Part shown: positions 1 through 8,356 of the stretch, piece by piece
Numbering within the stretch: position 1 is the stretch's first letter
How the letters are laid out: every line of letters begins with the position of its first letter
Source: a virus
Taxonomy: Duplodnaviria; Caudoviricetes
Reading direction: 5' to 3' (one strand)
Virus record (IMG/VR): IMGVR_UViG_3300042013_000067
Coordinates: 96,001-160,000 of that record
DNA length: 64,000 nucleotides
The notes under the pieces: generated by a model
Seen by the model: the letters and a program-made list of their open reading frames with translations, nothing else
Databases searched by the model: none
Told to the model about the DNA's origin: nothing
Position numbers and translations under genes: made by a program

Positions 1-783
1 TTCTTCTACGTCGCTGATGCGTTCCCAGACCGCTTCGTGAACATGCAGTACGTTGATGGTCGTGCTTTGTGGCGCACCATCCTCGGCATGATGGTCTTCG
101 GTGATTTCGAACACGTCGGTAAGCTAACTGAAAACATCGACAATCACATGGTGGGCTTCAACAACTACCTAGACGAAATGACCATGGATGATCTGGCGAA
201 AGCCGGCATCAAGGTTAAGAATATCTGGGAGCTGCTGTTCTACATCATGACCGACCTGTCTCACCACTTCTACCAGACTAACCGCGAAGAAACATCGATG
301 TACGGAAAACAATTGACCGTACTGCGGTATGTCATGGAGGAGTTCAACAGCGCTATTTCGCTGCTGACCTATAGCTTTCAAGGGCGACGCGACATTATCT
401 GGAAAGCTACGGCGATCGAGGACATGTTGAAGAAATACCTTAAGCTCAATACGTGCGTTCGTTTGTTGACGAGCATGCATAACGAGCTGACCACAGTGAA
501 CTACCCAGGGGACAACAAGATCATTCGACTCACCTCGATGATCGTACCGCAGGACCAAGCGCGGGCAGCCAATATGCACAACAGGGGGTTAATCAATGAC
601 TCCAGTCGTCTGTTGGATGCGTCGATCGCAGAGATCGGGCAATATAAGAATCAGCCTAAGAGCGCGCCCGATGGACGCTCACGAATCGGTACACACGTCA
701 AGCTCGGTATGGATGGCACCATTATCCGCCGTGATGATTGTCGTGATCTGATCGACAGAACCCAAAAACGTATCCAACGCTAA
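1..783 (+). CDS. Non-virion RNA polymerase beta-like subunit (phiKZ gp123-like), C-terminal part; gene starts upstream of window
   Basis: Frame is open from the window edge to the stop at 783. PGDNK..RLTS..VPQ segment recalled from gp123-family proteins; position upstream of the gp128/portal block fits phiKZ synteny. Confidence 0.6.
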   Translation, partial: FFYVADAFPDRFVNMQYVDGRALWRTILGMMVFGDFEHVGKLTENIDNHMVGFNNYLDEMTMDDLAKAGIKVKNIWELLFYIMTDLSHHFYQTNREETSMYGKQLTVLRYVMEEFNSAISLLTYSFQGRRDIIWKATAIEDMLKKYLKLNTCVRLLTSMHNELTTVNYPGDNKIIRLTSMIVPQDQARAANMHNRGLINDSSRLLDASIAEIGQYKNQPKSAPDGRSRIGTHVKLGMDGTIIRRDDCRDLIDRTQKRIQR

Positions 784-804
784 CACGAAGTACGGAGAAG
801 TACC

Positions 805-2871
805 ATGCACGTCCAGACCGGAGTACAACTACCCGTTTCACCTCAGCAGGTGGATGGGAGCAGCTTTAACCAGCATCTACCACAGGGCAACGATAAGTGG
901 CCTCAAGTGCAATTCAACAATGGCGCTGATACCCAGATCGGCAGCTATGCGATTGCACTGTTCCGCACGTATGCGCAGACTCGTGCGACCAAATCCCCGA
1001 TTCACTGTTTCTGCTACAACATGCTCCAGATGAACCAGTTCAACAACCAGTTCTGGCAAGGCTGGTGTCAGTATGTGGTTGACTTCGCTGATTTCCTCCA
1101 GCGCGGTCAGAACCAACCACCACAGCAAGCGGCGGACAAAGCAGCTAGCCGTATCTACCAATCCATGCTGGCTACTGTAGCTGGTCAATACCCAGCGGTC
1201 CGTGGTATGTTGGATGCTCAGACCCAGAATGGTCTGAACGATGCCGCACAGGTAGCCAACAGCATCCAGAACGATATTGCTGGGTTCAAGCAGCGCTTGG
1301 CCGGTGGTGGTCAACAAGGCATGGGCGCCGGTATGGGTATGGGTGTCGGCGTGGGTGGTGGGGTTAACCATACTCAGCACGTCAATGCGTTTGCTGTATC
1401 GGGCGTGGGTCAATCCGTCAGCACCTACAACAACCCATCGGCCCCTGCCTCAGGTGCTACATCGGGACTGCTGTTGGGCACTGAGACCGTCAGCAAGCCA
1501 ACCTCTAGCTGGCCTGCGCCTGCACCGGGTGGGGCAGCACAACCAACCCAAGGTCTAGCGCCGGCGGCTGCTCCAGCTGCAACCCCACATAGAGCGGCAG
1601 CCACGGACGTGATTGATCACAACCACAATGCACCCATTTCGGTGGAAGACATTCGTCTCGATCCGAACTGGTACGTACCACAAGGCTTCCAGCCGGTTCA
1701 AGGTCGTCCGTATGACGTTATCCGTAACCCAGGTGGTGTGGAGATCCGTCCAGCCTATCAGGCTATGGTGGCTAAAGACAAAGCTGCGTGGCGCCGGACG
1801 GTGGGTCAGGATGCTCCGTATTCCAAACTGTATAACCCGAACACCCACATCTGCTTCTTGGCGAAATGGGTTGATGGCATTGTTAAGGAGGTTGTCGTGC
1901 CGTTGTTGCCAGAGATGGACTATCTGAAACACGAGATCAATGAAGAACTGCGCCGTAAGGCCATGCGTCCGAAAGGTCTTGTTGTGCCGCTGCCGCAGTA
2001 CAGTCAGTCTGAAGACCTCAAGGTGAAAACCATCGAAGACACCAAACAGGCGTTGGCCGAGGGTGTGATCGAGGCAGCACACCTCAGCCCAGTGGAGCTC
2101 GATGTCTACATCACCGGCACCACTGACCTGGAAAACGAAGCGCAAGCACGTGCCCAAGTGGTGGCCTTACTCGGCCTCAAACCAGATGACCTCGTACCGC
2201 CGCATGAGTACATCACCGCGAAGATGCATGAACTGCAGATTAGCGAAGAGTGCTTCAATGAGCTGTACGCCTTCCAGCAGTTCACCAAACCGCAAGAAGT
2301 TGTAGACGGTCTGCGTAAGTTGGTTGAAGCAGGGCTGTTGTCGGCACGCTATTACACCTTCATCAACACACGCCTGACCAAGGCAGTTAATGACTTCCTG
2401 CGTGACAGTCTGTCGATCGAGAAGATCAGCATTACAGACTACATGGAAGCTGCGGTGGATCTGGGACCATACCTCGCCAAGAAGCGTGGTCCAGAATACG
2501 AAACGGTTTATGTGGGTAACACTGCATCGATCGTGGGTCGCAGTTTGTCGGTAGCGTGTGAAGAAACACCAGCTGAAGAAGAAGGTCAAGAACCAATCAA
2601 GGCGTTTGGTATTGTTGACGAGTACATGAACTTCCAACTCGGTTTGCCGAGCGATGAACTCTCGACAATTGCTTTGACTGACGAAGCATGTTTGGTTTCG
2701 CAATTTGCACACCCTGCCATGATCGCTGCACTGCGGGCCATGGCTCAGCGCGCTCAGCAACTGGAAACCGCTAACCGGGTTCACATGCGGTTGATCACCA
2801 GCGATGGTTTCTACTATCAGGTGATCATCGGCAAGCTGGTTAAAGGCGCACTGTTGCTCAAGAAGGTATAA
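805..2871 (+). CDS. Conserved jumbo-phage hypothetical protein with Q/N/G-rich and A/P-rich low-complexity N-terminal half
   Basis: 688-aa ORF, GGAG SD upstream, phage-like codon usage, globular C-terminal half. Confidence 0.85.
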   Translation: MHVQTGVQLPVSPQQVDGSSFNQHLPQGNDKWPQVQFNNGADTQIGSYAIALFRTYAQTRATKSPIHCFCYNMLQMNQFNNQFWQGWCQYVVDFADFLQRGQNQPPQQAADKAASRIYQSMLATVAGQYPAVRGMLDAQTQNGLNDAAQVANSIQNDIAGFKQRLAGGGQQGMGAGMGMGVGVGGGVNHTQHVNAFAVSGVGQSVSTYNNPSAPASGATSGLLLGTETVSKPTSSWPAPAPGGAAQPTQGLAPAAAPAATPHRAAATDVIDHNHNAPISVEDIRLDPNWYVPQGFQPVQGRPYDVIRNPGGVEIRPAYQAMVAKDKAAWRRTVGQDAPYSKLYNPNTHICFLAKWVDGIVKEVVVPLLPEMDYLKHEINEELRRKAMRPKGLVVPLPQYSQSEDLKVKTIEDTKQALAEGVIEAAHLSPVELDVYITGTTDLENEAQARAQVVALLGLKPDDLVPPHEYITAKMHELQISEECFNELYAFQQFTKPQEVVDGLRKLVEAGLLSARYYTFINTRLTKAVNDFLRDSLSIEKISITDYMEAAVDLGPYLAKKRGPEYETVYVGNTASIVGRSLSVACEETPAEEEGQEPIKAFGIVDEYMNFQLGLPSDELSTIALTDEACLVSQFAHPAMIAALRAMAQRAQQLETANRVHMRLITSDGFYYQVIIGKLVKGALLLKKV

Positions 2872-2996
2872 CCGTACCAATGCTGCTGTCGGTCTGGGCG
2901 GTGGCATTTTTAGTGACAGTTTAGTCACACCCCCTCCCGTCAATGGGAGGGGTCTTATTCCGCATCTACTTAATCATTCCTGTTAGGAGTAATCGC

Positions 2997-3977
2997 ATGT
3001 CGCACACACAGTCTGCTGCTGGTCAATCCCGTATGGGTAAAATGCTGGCTAGCCTACCGTTCTATGACCCGAATGAAACATTCGAAGAACTCAAACCACG
3101 CTGGGTGCTGACACCACCCGGCGTTAACATGACCATGCGCTCACTGAGCGATGGTGGTCGTGCGTTCGAAAGCCAAATGTCCCCGGCTGAACAAAAGTCG
3201 GCGTTCCAGTTCAAAGATCGCCCGAACCATCCGTTTGATCAGTTGCTGATTGATAGTGCAACAGAACACGGCGACCCTCTACCTATGCGGGGTAATCTGT
3301 TCAACCCTGTAACCAACAGCAGTAACCGTTACAGTCGCGAGCGGGCCACTGACCTGGGATACCTGAGTATCCCACATTGCGCCTTGCATCCACTTGACCA
3401 ATATCAGTTCGGTACCGATACCCCTAGCGCCGGGCAACCGGAGTTCGGGTTTACGGCTGAAGAACTCATGGAGGAATACATGCAAACCCAAACAGCCCCA
3501 ACTGTGGCGGACGTTGCAGTCGTCGAGGTTATTCAAATCGAAGATGATCGTGCTCACCAGTTGAATGCACCCGGCTGCATGGTTGCTCAAGCAGTAACCC
3601 TATTGCGTTTGCTGGAAGAAGACATCTACATGCTGGAGCGCGTAAGCATTACCAGCGTCGATGACATGATCAAGTTCAAGAAAGACCAACGTATCTCTAA
3701 CGAGGACTATGTCCGTAACAGTGTTCGCATTAAAGAAGCCATCAGTAAAGGCATCGACATGACGCCTGAAGTTGTCTGGGGTAATAAGCTTAATGCCCTA
3801 GCTAACATGCACCACAGCAAACTGATTGGTGTATTACGCCAACTCAAAACTGATGATCGGGGTGAAGAACTGATCGCTGCATTGGACCGGATGGAATACA
3901 CCAACTGGACTGATGCAGATGGCTGCATTCACCTGCGGCATAAAGCACATAACCAGTACGGCTCCATCGTGATCTAA
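2997..3977 (+). CDS. Hypothetical protein
   Basis: ORF 2943..3977; start moved to ATG 2997 behind AGGAG SD; followed by a palindromic element. Confidence 0.75.
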   Translation: MSHTQSAAGQSRMGKMLASLPFYDPNETFEELKPRWVLTPPGVNMTMRSLSDGGRAFESQMSPAEQKSAFQFKDRPNHPFDQLLIDSATEHGDPLPMRGNLFNPVTNSSNRYSRERATDLGYLSIPHCALHPLDQYQFGTDTPSAGQPEFGFTAEELMEEYMQTQTAPTVADVAVVEVIQIEDDRAHQLNAPGCMVAQAVTLLRLLEEDIYMLERVSITSVDDMIKFKKDQRISNEDYVRNSVRIKEAISKGIDMTPEVVWGNKLNALANMHHSKLIGVLRQLKTDDRGEELIAALDRMEYTNWTDADGCIHLRHKAHNQYGSIVI

Positions 3978-3983
3978 AGAACG

Positions 3984-4033
3984 CGGCATAAGCCCCTCCC
4001 GCTTGGGAGGGGCTATATGTCGTTTTTTCTTTT
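3984..4033. terminator. Palindromic intergenic element, followed here by a T tract
   Basis: CGGCATAAGCCCCTCCC GCTT GGGAGGGGCTATATGTCG TTTTTTCTTTTT between convergent genes. Confidence 0.8.
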
Positions 4034-4770
4034 TACCACGATAAGAAGGTTGGTGGATTAGCCAACCATTCCTCAGCAGATACCGAGTAGCCAGCTGGCG
4101 GTACGTAATTGAATTCAGCCCGTGTGATCTGACGCACTAAGTACGGCTTATCACTGTCCCAAGACTTCACGTTACCCGTTGGCTCTGGTCCTTTGATTTC
4201 CCAGAAACCTTTGGTGAGTTTGATATTCTTGCTGAACAGCAGAGACTCTTCCAGTACTTCGATCAGCACCGTCATAACCTTGAAGGGAACCTTACCAGCA
4301 CGGCCGATCAACAACACGTCCTTATAGAAACCACGTGCGGTTTTAATCGGGGTGTAGCTTTGAGTATCTGCCGAATACCCAACCAACCAGCGCTCATCGG
4401 ATTGCTTCTGATCAAACAGAAGCTTTGTATTCGGTAGCAACGACAACGGCGTATCGAAACGATACACAGTCCAACGCTGCAGTAGCTCACCGTTTTTCTT
4501 TTGTTCAGGCCAGTAGAAGTTATCCCAGCCTTGCACGTAACCGATCAAGCAGCCCAACAAACTGGGTGCTGTCGATACCCGTGCGACCGAGCGGTTCTCA
4601 TTATTGCCTGTGCGTCGGGTAACCGAGGGTACAAAGGCTTTGATGCTGGGGTTAGTCGATACATGCAGCAATGGTCCGGGCAGTTCTGCTGCTCCGATCA
4701 CCATTACTCCGTTCTGAACATGACTTGGCTGAAGGCCCAAGTAAGTATCCATTTCTCTACGTGTGGCCAT
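4033..4770 (-). CDS. Hypothetical protein (phiKZ-like)
   Basis: 245-aa ORF flanked on both sides by palindromic intergenic elements. Confidence 0.75.
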   Translation of the reverse strand: MATRREMDTYLGLQPSHVQNGVMVIGAAELPGPLLHVSTNPSIKAFVPSVTRRTGNNENRSVARVSTAPSLLGCLIGYVQGWDNFYWPEQKKNGELLQRWTVYRFDTPLSLLPNTKLLFDQKQSDERWLVGYSADTQSYTPIKTARGFYKDVLLIGRAGKVPFKVMTVLIEVLEESLLFSKNIKLTKGFWEIKGPEPTGNVKSWDSDKPYLVRQITRAEFNYVPPAGYSVSAEEWLANPPTFLSW

Positions 4771-4808
4771 CTCACACCCAATGATAAGTTACGAATCATA
4801 AAATACGT

Positions 4809-4845
4809 GCATACACCCTCCCGGTTAGGGGAGGGCTTTATGCCG
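4809..4845. terminator. Palindromic intergenic element
   Basis: GCATACACCCTCCC GGTTAG GGGAGGGCTTTATGCCG. Confidence 0.7.
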
Positions 4846-5277
4846 TCAACCAGAGAACGGTAGGATGATGGTCAGGTTCGGTACAAACATGAGACTGGAT
4901 GTACGACCTTGTAGTGTGGCTGTTGTAGCACCCGGAGTCAGTGTGTAACTGACGATGTCATTTGGGTCGTACGGTAGATGGTATTTATCATAGAACGCCA
5001 CTAGAGCGTCCCGTAGTGTTGCGTAGTCAGAAGCTACCCCTGGGAGGGCATGACCTGCGAAGTGATCATAGATCCTCACCCGGTTGTAGTAGTGCGTGTC
5101 ACTGCCGGTGTAGTCATTGTCGTTAACCGACAACGAGATTCGTGTATTAGTCGAACCTTGTAGCCACACCTCAGGACTGCCGAAGGTAACCCTACTGATG
5201 TCCAAAGGCGGACTCAGGTTATTCCCAGCGTTGATCGCTCGCACCAGAGCGCTCTTGGGAGATTCGATATAGAGCAT
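4846..5277 (-). CDS. Putative virion/baseplate-associated protein (DUF7941-like family)
   Basis: Start set at ATG 5277 behind GAGG SD; motif LVAFYDKYHLPYDPNDI is shared with three other ORFs in the window. Confidence 0.65.
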   Translation of the reverse strand: MLYIESPKSALVRAINAGNNLSPPLDISRVTFGSPEVWLQGSTNTRISLSVNDNDYTGSDTHYYNRVRIYDHFAGHALPGVASDYATLRDALVAFYDKYHLPYDPNDIVSYTLTPGATTATLQGRTSSLMFVPNLTIILPFSG

Positions 5278-5284
5278 GCTTGCC

Positions 5285-6157
5285 TCAATCGTAGTGCAGC
5301 AGTAGAGAGCCTGCAAGGGCCGTACAACGCGTTTGATCCAAACGCAGTACAATGAGGTTCCTTTTATCCGTTCTAAGCGTATACGGCTTTATAGGACGCC
5401 CTGAGTAGAGTATCTCGTACTCTGGCCGCCCTAGACGCACTGCAGAGCAGATATTGTACGGTGCTGGGTCATCTTGACACACCCAGACTTGCCCAGTGAC
5501 CTCCTTAAGCACTTGACACAAACGCTCAACACCCACCCCATTAGGGCTGTTCAACAGTGCCAACAGATCGTAACGGTAAGCCGTGAAGTCATGTGCTGCG
5601 GCGTACACGAAGTCCGCTATCCGGCCAGCCATCCCCAACGGCCGAAACACCGTCGGAGAACTCTTCATCGTGAGTGCGGTAGTTAGGGCTTGCTGTAGGC
5701 TATTAACCACCGTCAGCGTCAAGGGCCCAACCCAGCGTAAGGAAGCTGGTTTGCTTTGCAGGGTTACTGCACCGTAATTCGTGACTTCTACAGGTTCGAA
5801 ATCATCGATATCAAACACCACCCCATACAGCGCTTGGATGCGATCGAGTATCGCTTGAGTGTTGGTGGGTAACCGCAGCTGATCCACCAACAGATCTTCC
5901 GATACAGTACGGAAGAAACTGTTTGGATCCAGTCGAGTGAACAGATACTCCAGCTGTTTAGGTAGAGCTGGCAGTTGTTGGGCACTGGAAGTCGAGCGGT
6001 TGGTCTCGATAACTACACGGGTATCTAAACCACCTAACGACTCCAGCGTCACCAGTTTGCAGTTGTAGGGCTCTAGGTTCAAGTACGTACGATCGGAGAT
6101 CATCGTAATCAAACCAGTCCAAGGTTCCATGCTCAGGTAACGACGAACATCAAACAT
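5285..6157 (-). CDS. Putative virion structural protein (phiKZ gp127-like)
   Basis: 290 aa, AAGGA SD, same operon as gp128-like gene; ILDRIQALYGVVFDIDDF motif. Confidence 0.65.
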   Translation of the reverse strand: MFDVRRYLSMEPWTGLITMISDRTYLNLEPYNCKLVTLESLGGLDTRVVIETNRSTSSAQQLPALPKQLEYLFTRLDPNSFFRTVSEDLLVDQLRLPTNTQAILDRIQALYGVVFDIDDFEPVEVTNYGAVTLQSKPASLRWVGPLTLTVVNSLQQALTTALTMKSSPTVFRPLGMAGRIADFVYAAAHDFTAYRYDLLALLNSPNGVGVERLCQVLKEVTGQVWVCQDDPAPYNICSAVRLGRPEYEILYSGRPIKPYTLRTDKRNLIVLRLDQTRCTALAGSLLLHYD

Positions 6158-6172
6158 GCGAGGGTCCTTAGC

Positions 6173-8329
6173 TTAAGGCCATTGAGGGTCAGTGGAGTTC
6201 TGGTACTGATCCATTTGTCCATCTTCGATTGGGGTTTGGTCAAAGACCAGACTGAAACCGCGGATACCAACGCTGGCTACGTCAAAGCGGTATTTCCCCA
6301 TGTGACCATAGAGCTCCTTCATATCGACCATGGGGTTGATATAGTAAGAAGCCTCGGTGGCAGCACCGTAGGTCACATCAGGGTCAATCACTTCAGCCGG
6401 CAGTGCAAAGTCAGTCCGCACTTCCGTGTGCATGTGTCGCACGGTCCAATCGTCGATAGCAAACCGCTTGTGGTCAGACGTTTCACCCCACTGGTCACCG
6501 AAGCGGGTGTCGGTCAACCCAACCACGGTAAAGTCAGTGAAGGCCACATTGGACATGAACTGTAATGGGTAGGAACTCAGACCAGCAATCAGCGAGAGGA
6601 GTTCACGCTGTACTTCGCCCAAGGTAACCACCTTAACCAGGTTCGAGCCAGTGGCGATGTTAATGCAATCAGTCAGCAGTTGTTCCAGTTCAAAGTTATC
6701 GAGATCGGCAATCTCGAACTGGTTGTCTGTAAAGTACTGTTCGAAGCTCAGCTGTTCATCAATGAGAGGACAGCGAATGTGCATGAAGTGACGACGCACT
6801 ATTTGTTCGGCGTAGTTACGCCCCATGTAGTGTTCTTGGAAGCTGTAAAGCTCCCACAGTTTGATATACTCTTTATGCAGTTGTGCACAATCGAGGTAGA
6901 AGCGCTCCGTCGAGATGTATTCGGTCAATGGTGTAACCCGATCCATTACCGCTTCGATCATGCCTTCACGTAAGCCGTTCTTGGGTACGATCGACCGCAG
7001 TTCAGCAAACGTCGGCAAAGGGGCACGTAGGACGTCATAGGCATGCATCACGGGAATGCTCGGGAACTCATAACCGTAGATCTTGCCAATCGCGTACATC
7101 GAGCAGATAAGGGCGTCTTTCACCGTCATCGACATGTACTCACCACTGCGCGGGTGAGGGATCTGTACATAAGCACGATAACGACTGTGCGTGGACAGGT
7201 ACACCCAGTGGTTGAGCAGTACGTTCATCAAACTACGAACTGAGGAGTTACTGCGGTCGATGACCTCGGAGTCCAGCACCTTAGTGGGCATACTGGAGAA
7301 GCCAGACATCTTGACCTTCTCTTCGATCTCTACTTCAGTATCGAAAGCTACCTTGGAGTTGTCCCGAGCCAGCAGGGTCTCACGATCCAATACGTTAGCT
7401 ACCGTGGTCTTCTCGTTACCGGGAGTCACACTGCGCATGTTGATGTCGTGTTTGACCATCTCAACTTGCGAGTAGAGTTCCGCAGGCATCAGTTCCGTGT
7501 TCTGATTCAGTGTGTAGCGAATCAGTGGAATACCACGTGGGGTTAGTAGCTTACCCACCAAACGGTCAAAGATCTCTTGACGCCCTGGGTTGCGTTTGAT
7601 GTACCAGATGTTACGGTACAGCCACAGTTGCTGTGACTTGGTGAGGTAGGGCAGGTATCGATCGAGTCGACCATGACTGGCTAAGTGTTCACGGATGTGG
7701 AAGCTGTGGGCACGCCGTGTATTGCAGTTCGCCCAACGCAGGTTCTCGATAGCTTTAGCCATCGACATGTAGAGCTCACCGATGTAGTGCTGCAGATACA
7801 AGTCATCGGTATTAAGGTAGGCTTCGTTAAACCAGCGCAGTTGGTAGGTCAACACCCAGTTCTGCAAATTACGGATCAGATTGTCTTCGTTGTCTTCGAC
7901 CAGCGAAGCATCGTAGTACAAAATGTCACCATTATTTGAGTTTATGGCCACCTGAGGATCAACAGGTGCAATGATCCCTTTAATCAGGTCAACTTGGCCT
8001 GGGTACTTCGCCACAAGGTTATTGTAATAGACAGTGCCGTATTGATACTCCCGAGCCGTAGCTCGGTGATACCGTAAGTTTTCTTTGGTGAACTCGATGA
8101 TCTCACGAGTGTCCATAGAACGGACGGTCATCATGGTATCAGCGGCGTGGTAAATCCCCGCCAAGTTCAGGTAATACTTCCAGCCCGTTGGGTCTTCCAT
8201 GTTGACCACCACATTTTTACTGAGGAGGTCTGCGTTGATCACATCGGCAACATGGCTGGATTTAATTACAATCGACCTGACTAAGCGAAAGATATCGTTC
8301 CGATACGAAGTGTAATTGAACTGACTCAT
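6173..8329 (-). CDS. Virion structural protein (phiKZ gp128-like)
   Basis: 718 aa; WKYYLNLAG.YH..D..M...S.DT N-terminal motif recalled from the gp128 family; divergent from the portal gene as in phiKZ. Confidence 0.7.
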   Translation of the reverse strand: MSQFNYTSYRNDIFRLVRSIVIKSSHVADVINADLLSKNVVVNMEDPTGWKYYLNLAGIYHAADTMMTVRSMDTREIIEFTKENLRYHRATAREYQYGTVYYNNLVAKYPGQVDLIKGIIAPVDPQVAINSNNGDILYYDASLVEDNEDNLIRNLQNWVLTYQLRWFNEAYLNTDDLYLQHYIGELYMSMAKAIENLRWANCNTRRAHSFHIREHLASHGRLDRYLPYLTKSQQLWLYRNIWYIKRNPGRQEIFDRLVGKLLTPRGIPLIRYTLNQNTELMPAELYSQVEMVKHDINMRSVTPGNEKTTVANVLDRETLLARDNSKVAFDTEVEIEEKVKMSGFSSMPTKVLDSEVIDRSNSSVRSLMNVLLNHWVYLSTHSRYRAYVQIPHPRSGEYMSMTVKDALICSMYAIGKIYGYEFPSIPVMHAYDVLRAPLPTFAELRSIVPKNGLREGMIEAVMDRVTPLTEYISTERFYLDCAQLHKEYIKLWELYSFQEHYMGRNYAEQIVRRHFMHIRCPLIDEQLSFEQYFTDNQFEIADLDNFELEQLLTDCINIATGSNLVKVVTLGEVQRELLSLIAGLSSYPLQFMSNVAFTDFTVVGLTDTRFGDQWGETSDHKRFAIDDWTVRHMHTEVRTDFALPAEVIDPDVTYGAATEASYYINPMVDMKELYGHMGKYRFDVASVGIRGFSLVFDQTPIEDGQMDQYQNSTDPQWP

Positions 8330-8356
8330 GAATTTATCCGCAAGAGGTGGAAAGTA

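Noticed and set aside
2880-2924. 14-aa hydrophobic ORF MLLSVWAVAFLVTV after gene 805..2871
   Set aside because: Very short with a poorly spaced SD; could be chance. Not called without ribosome profiling.
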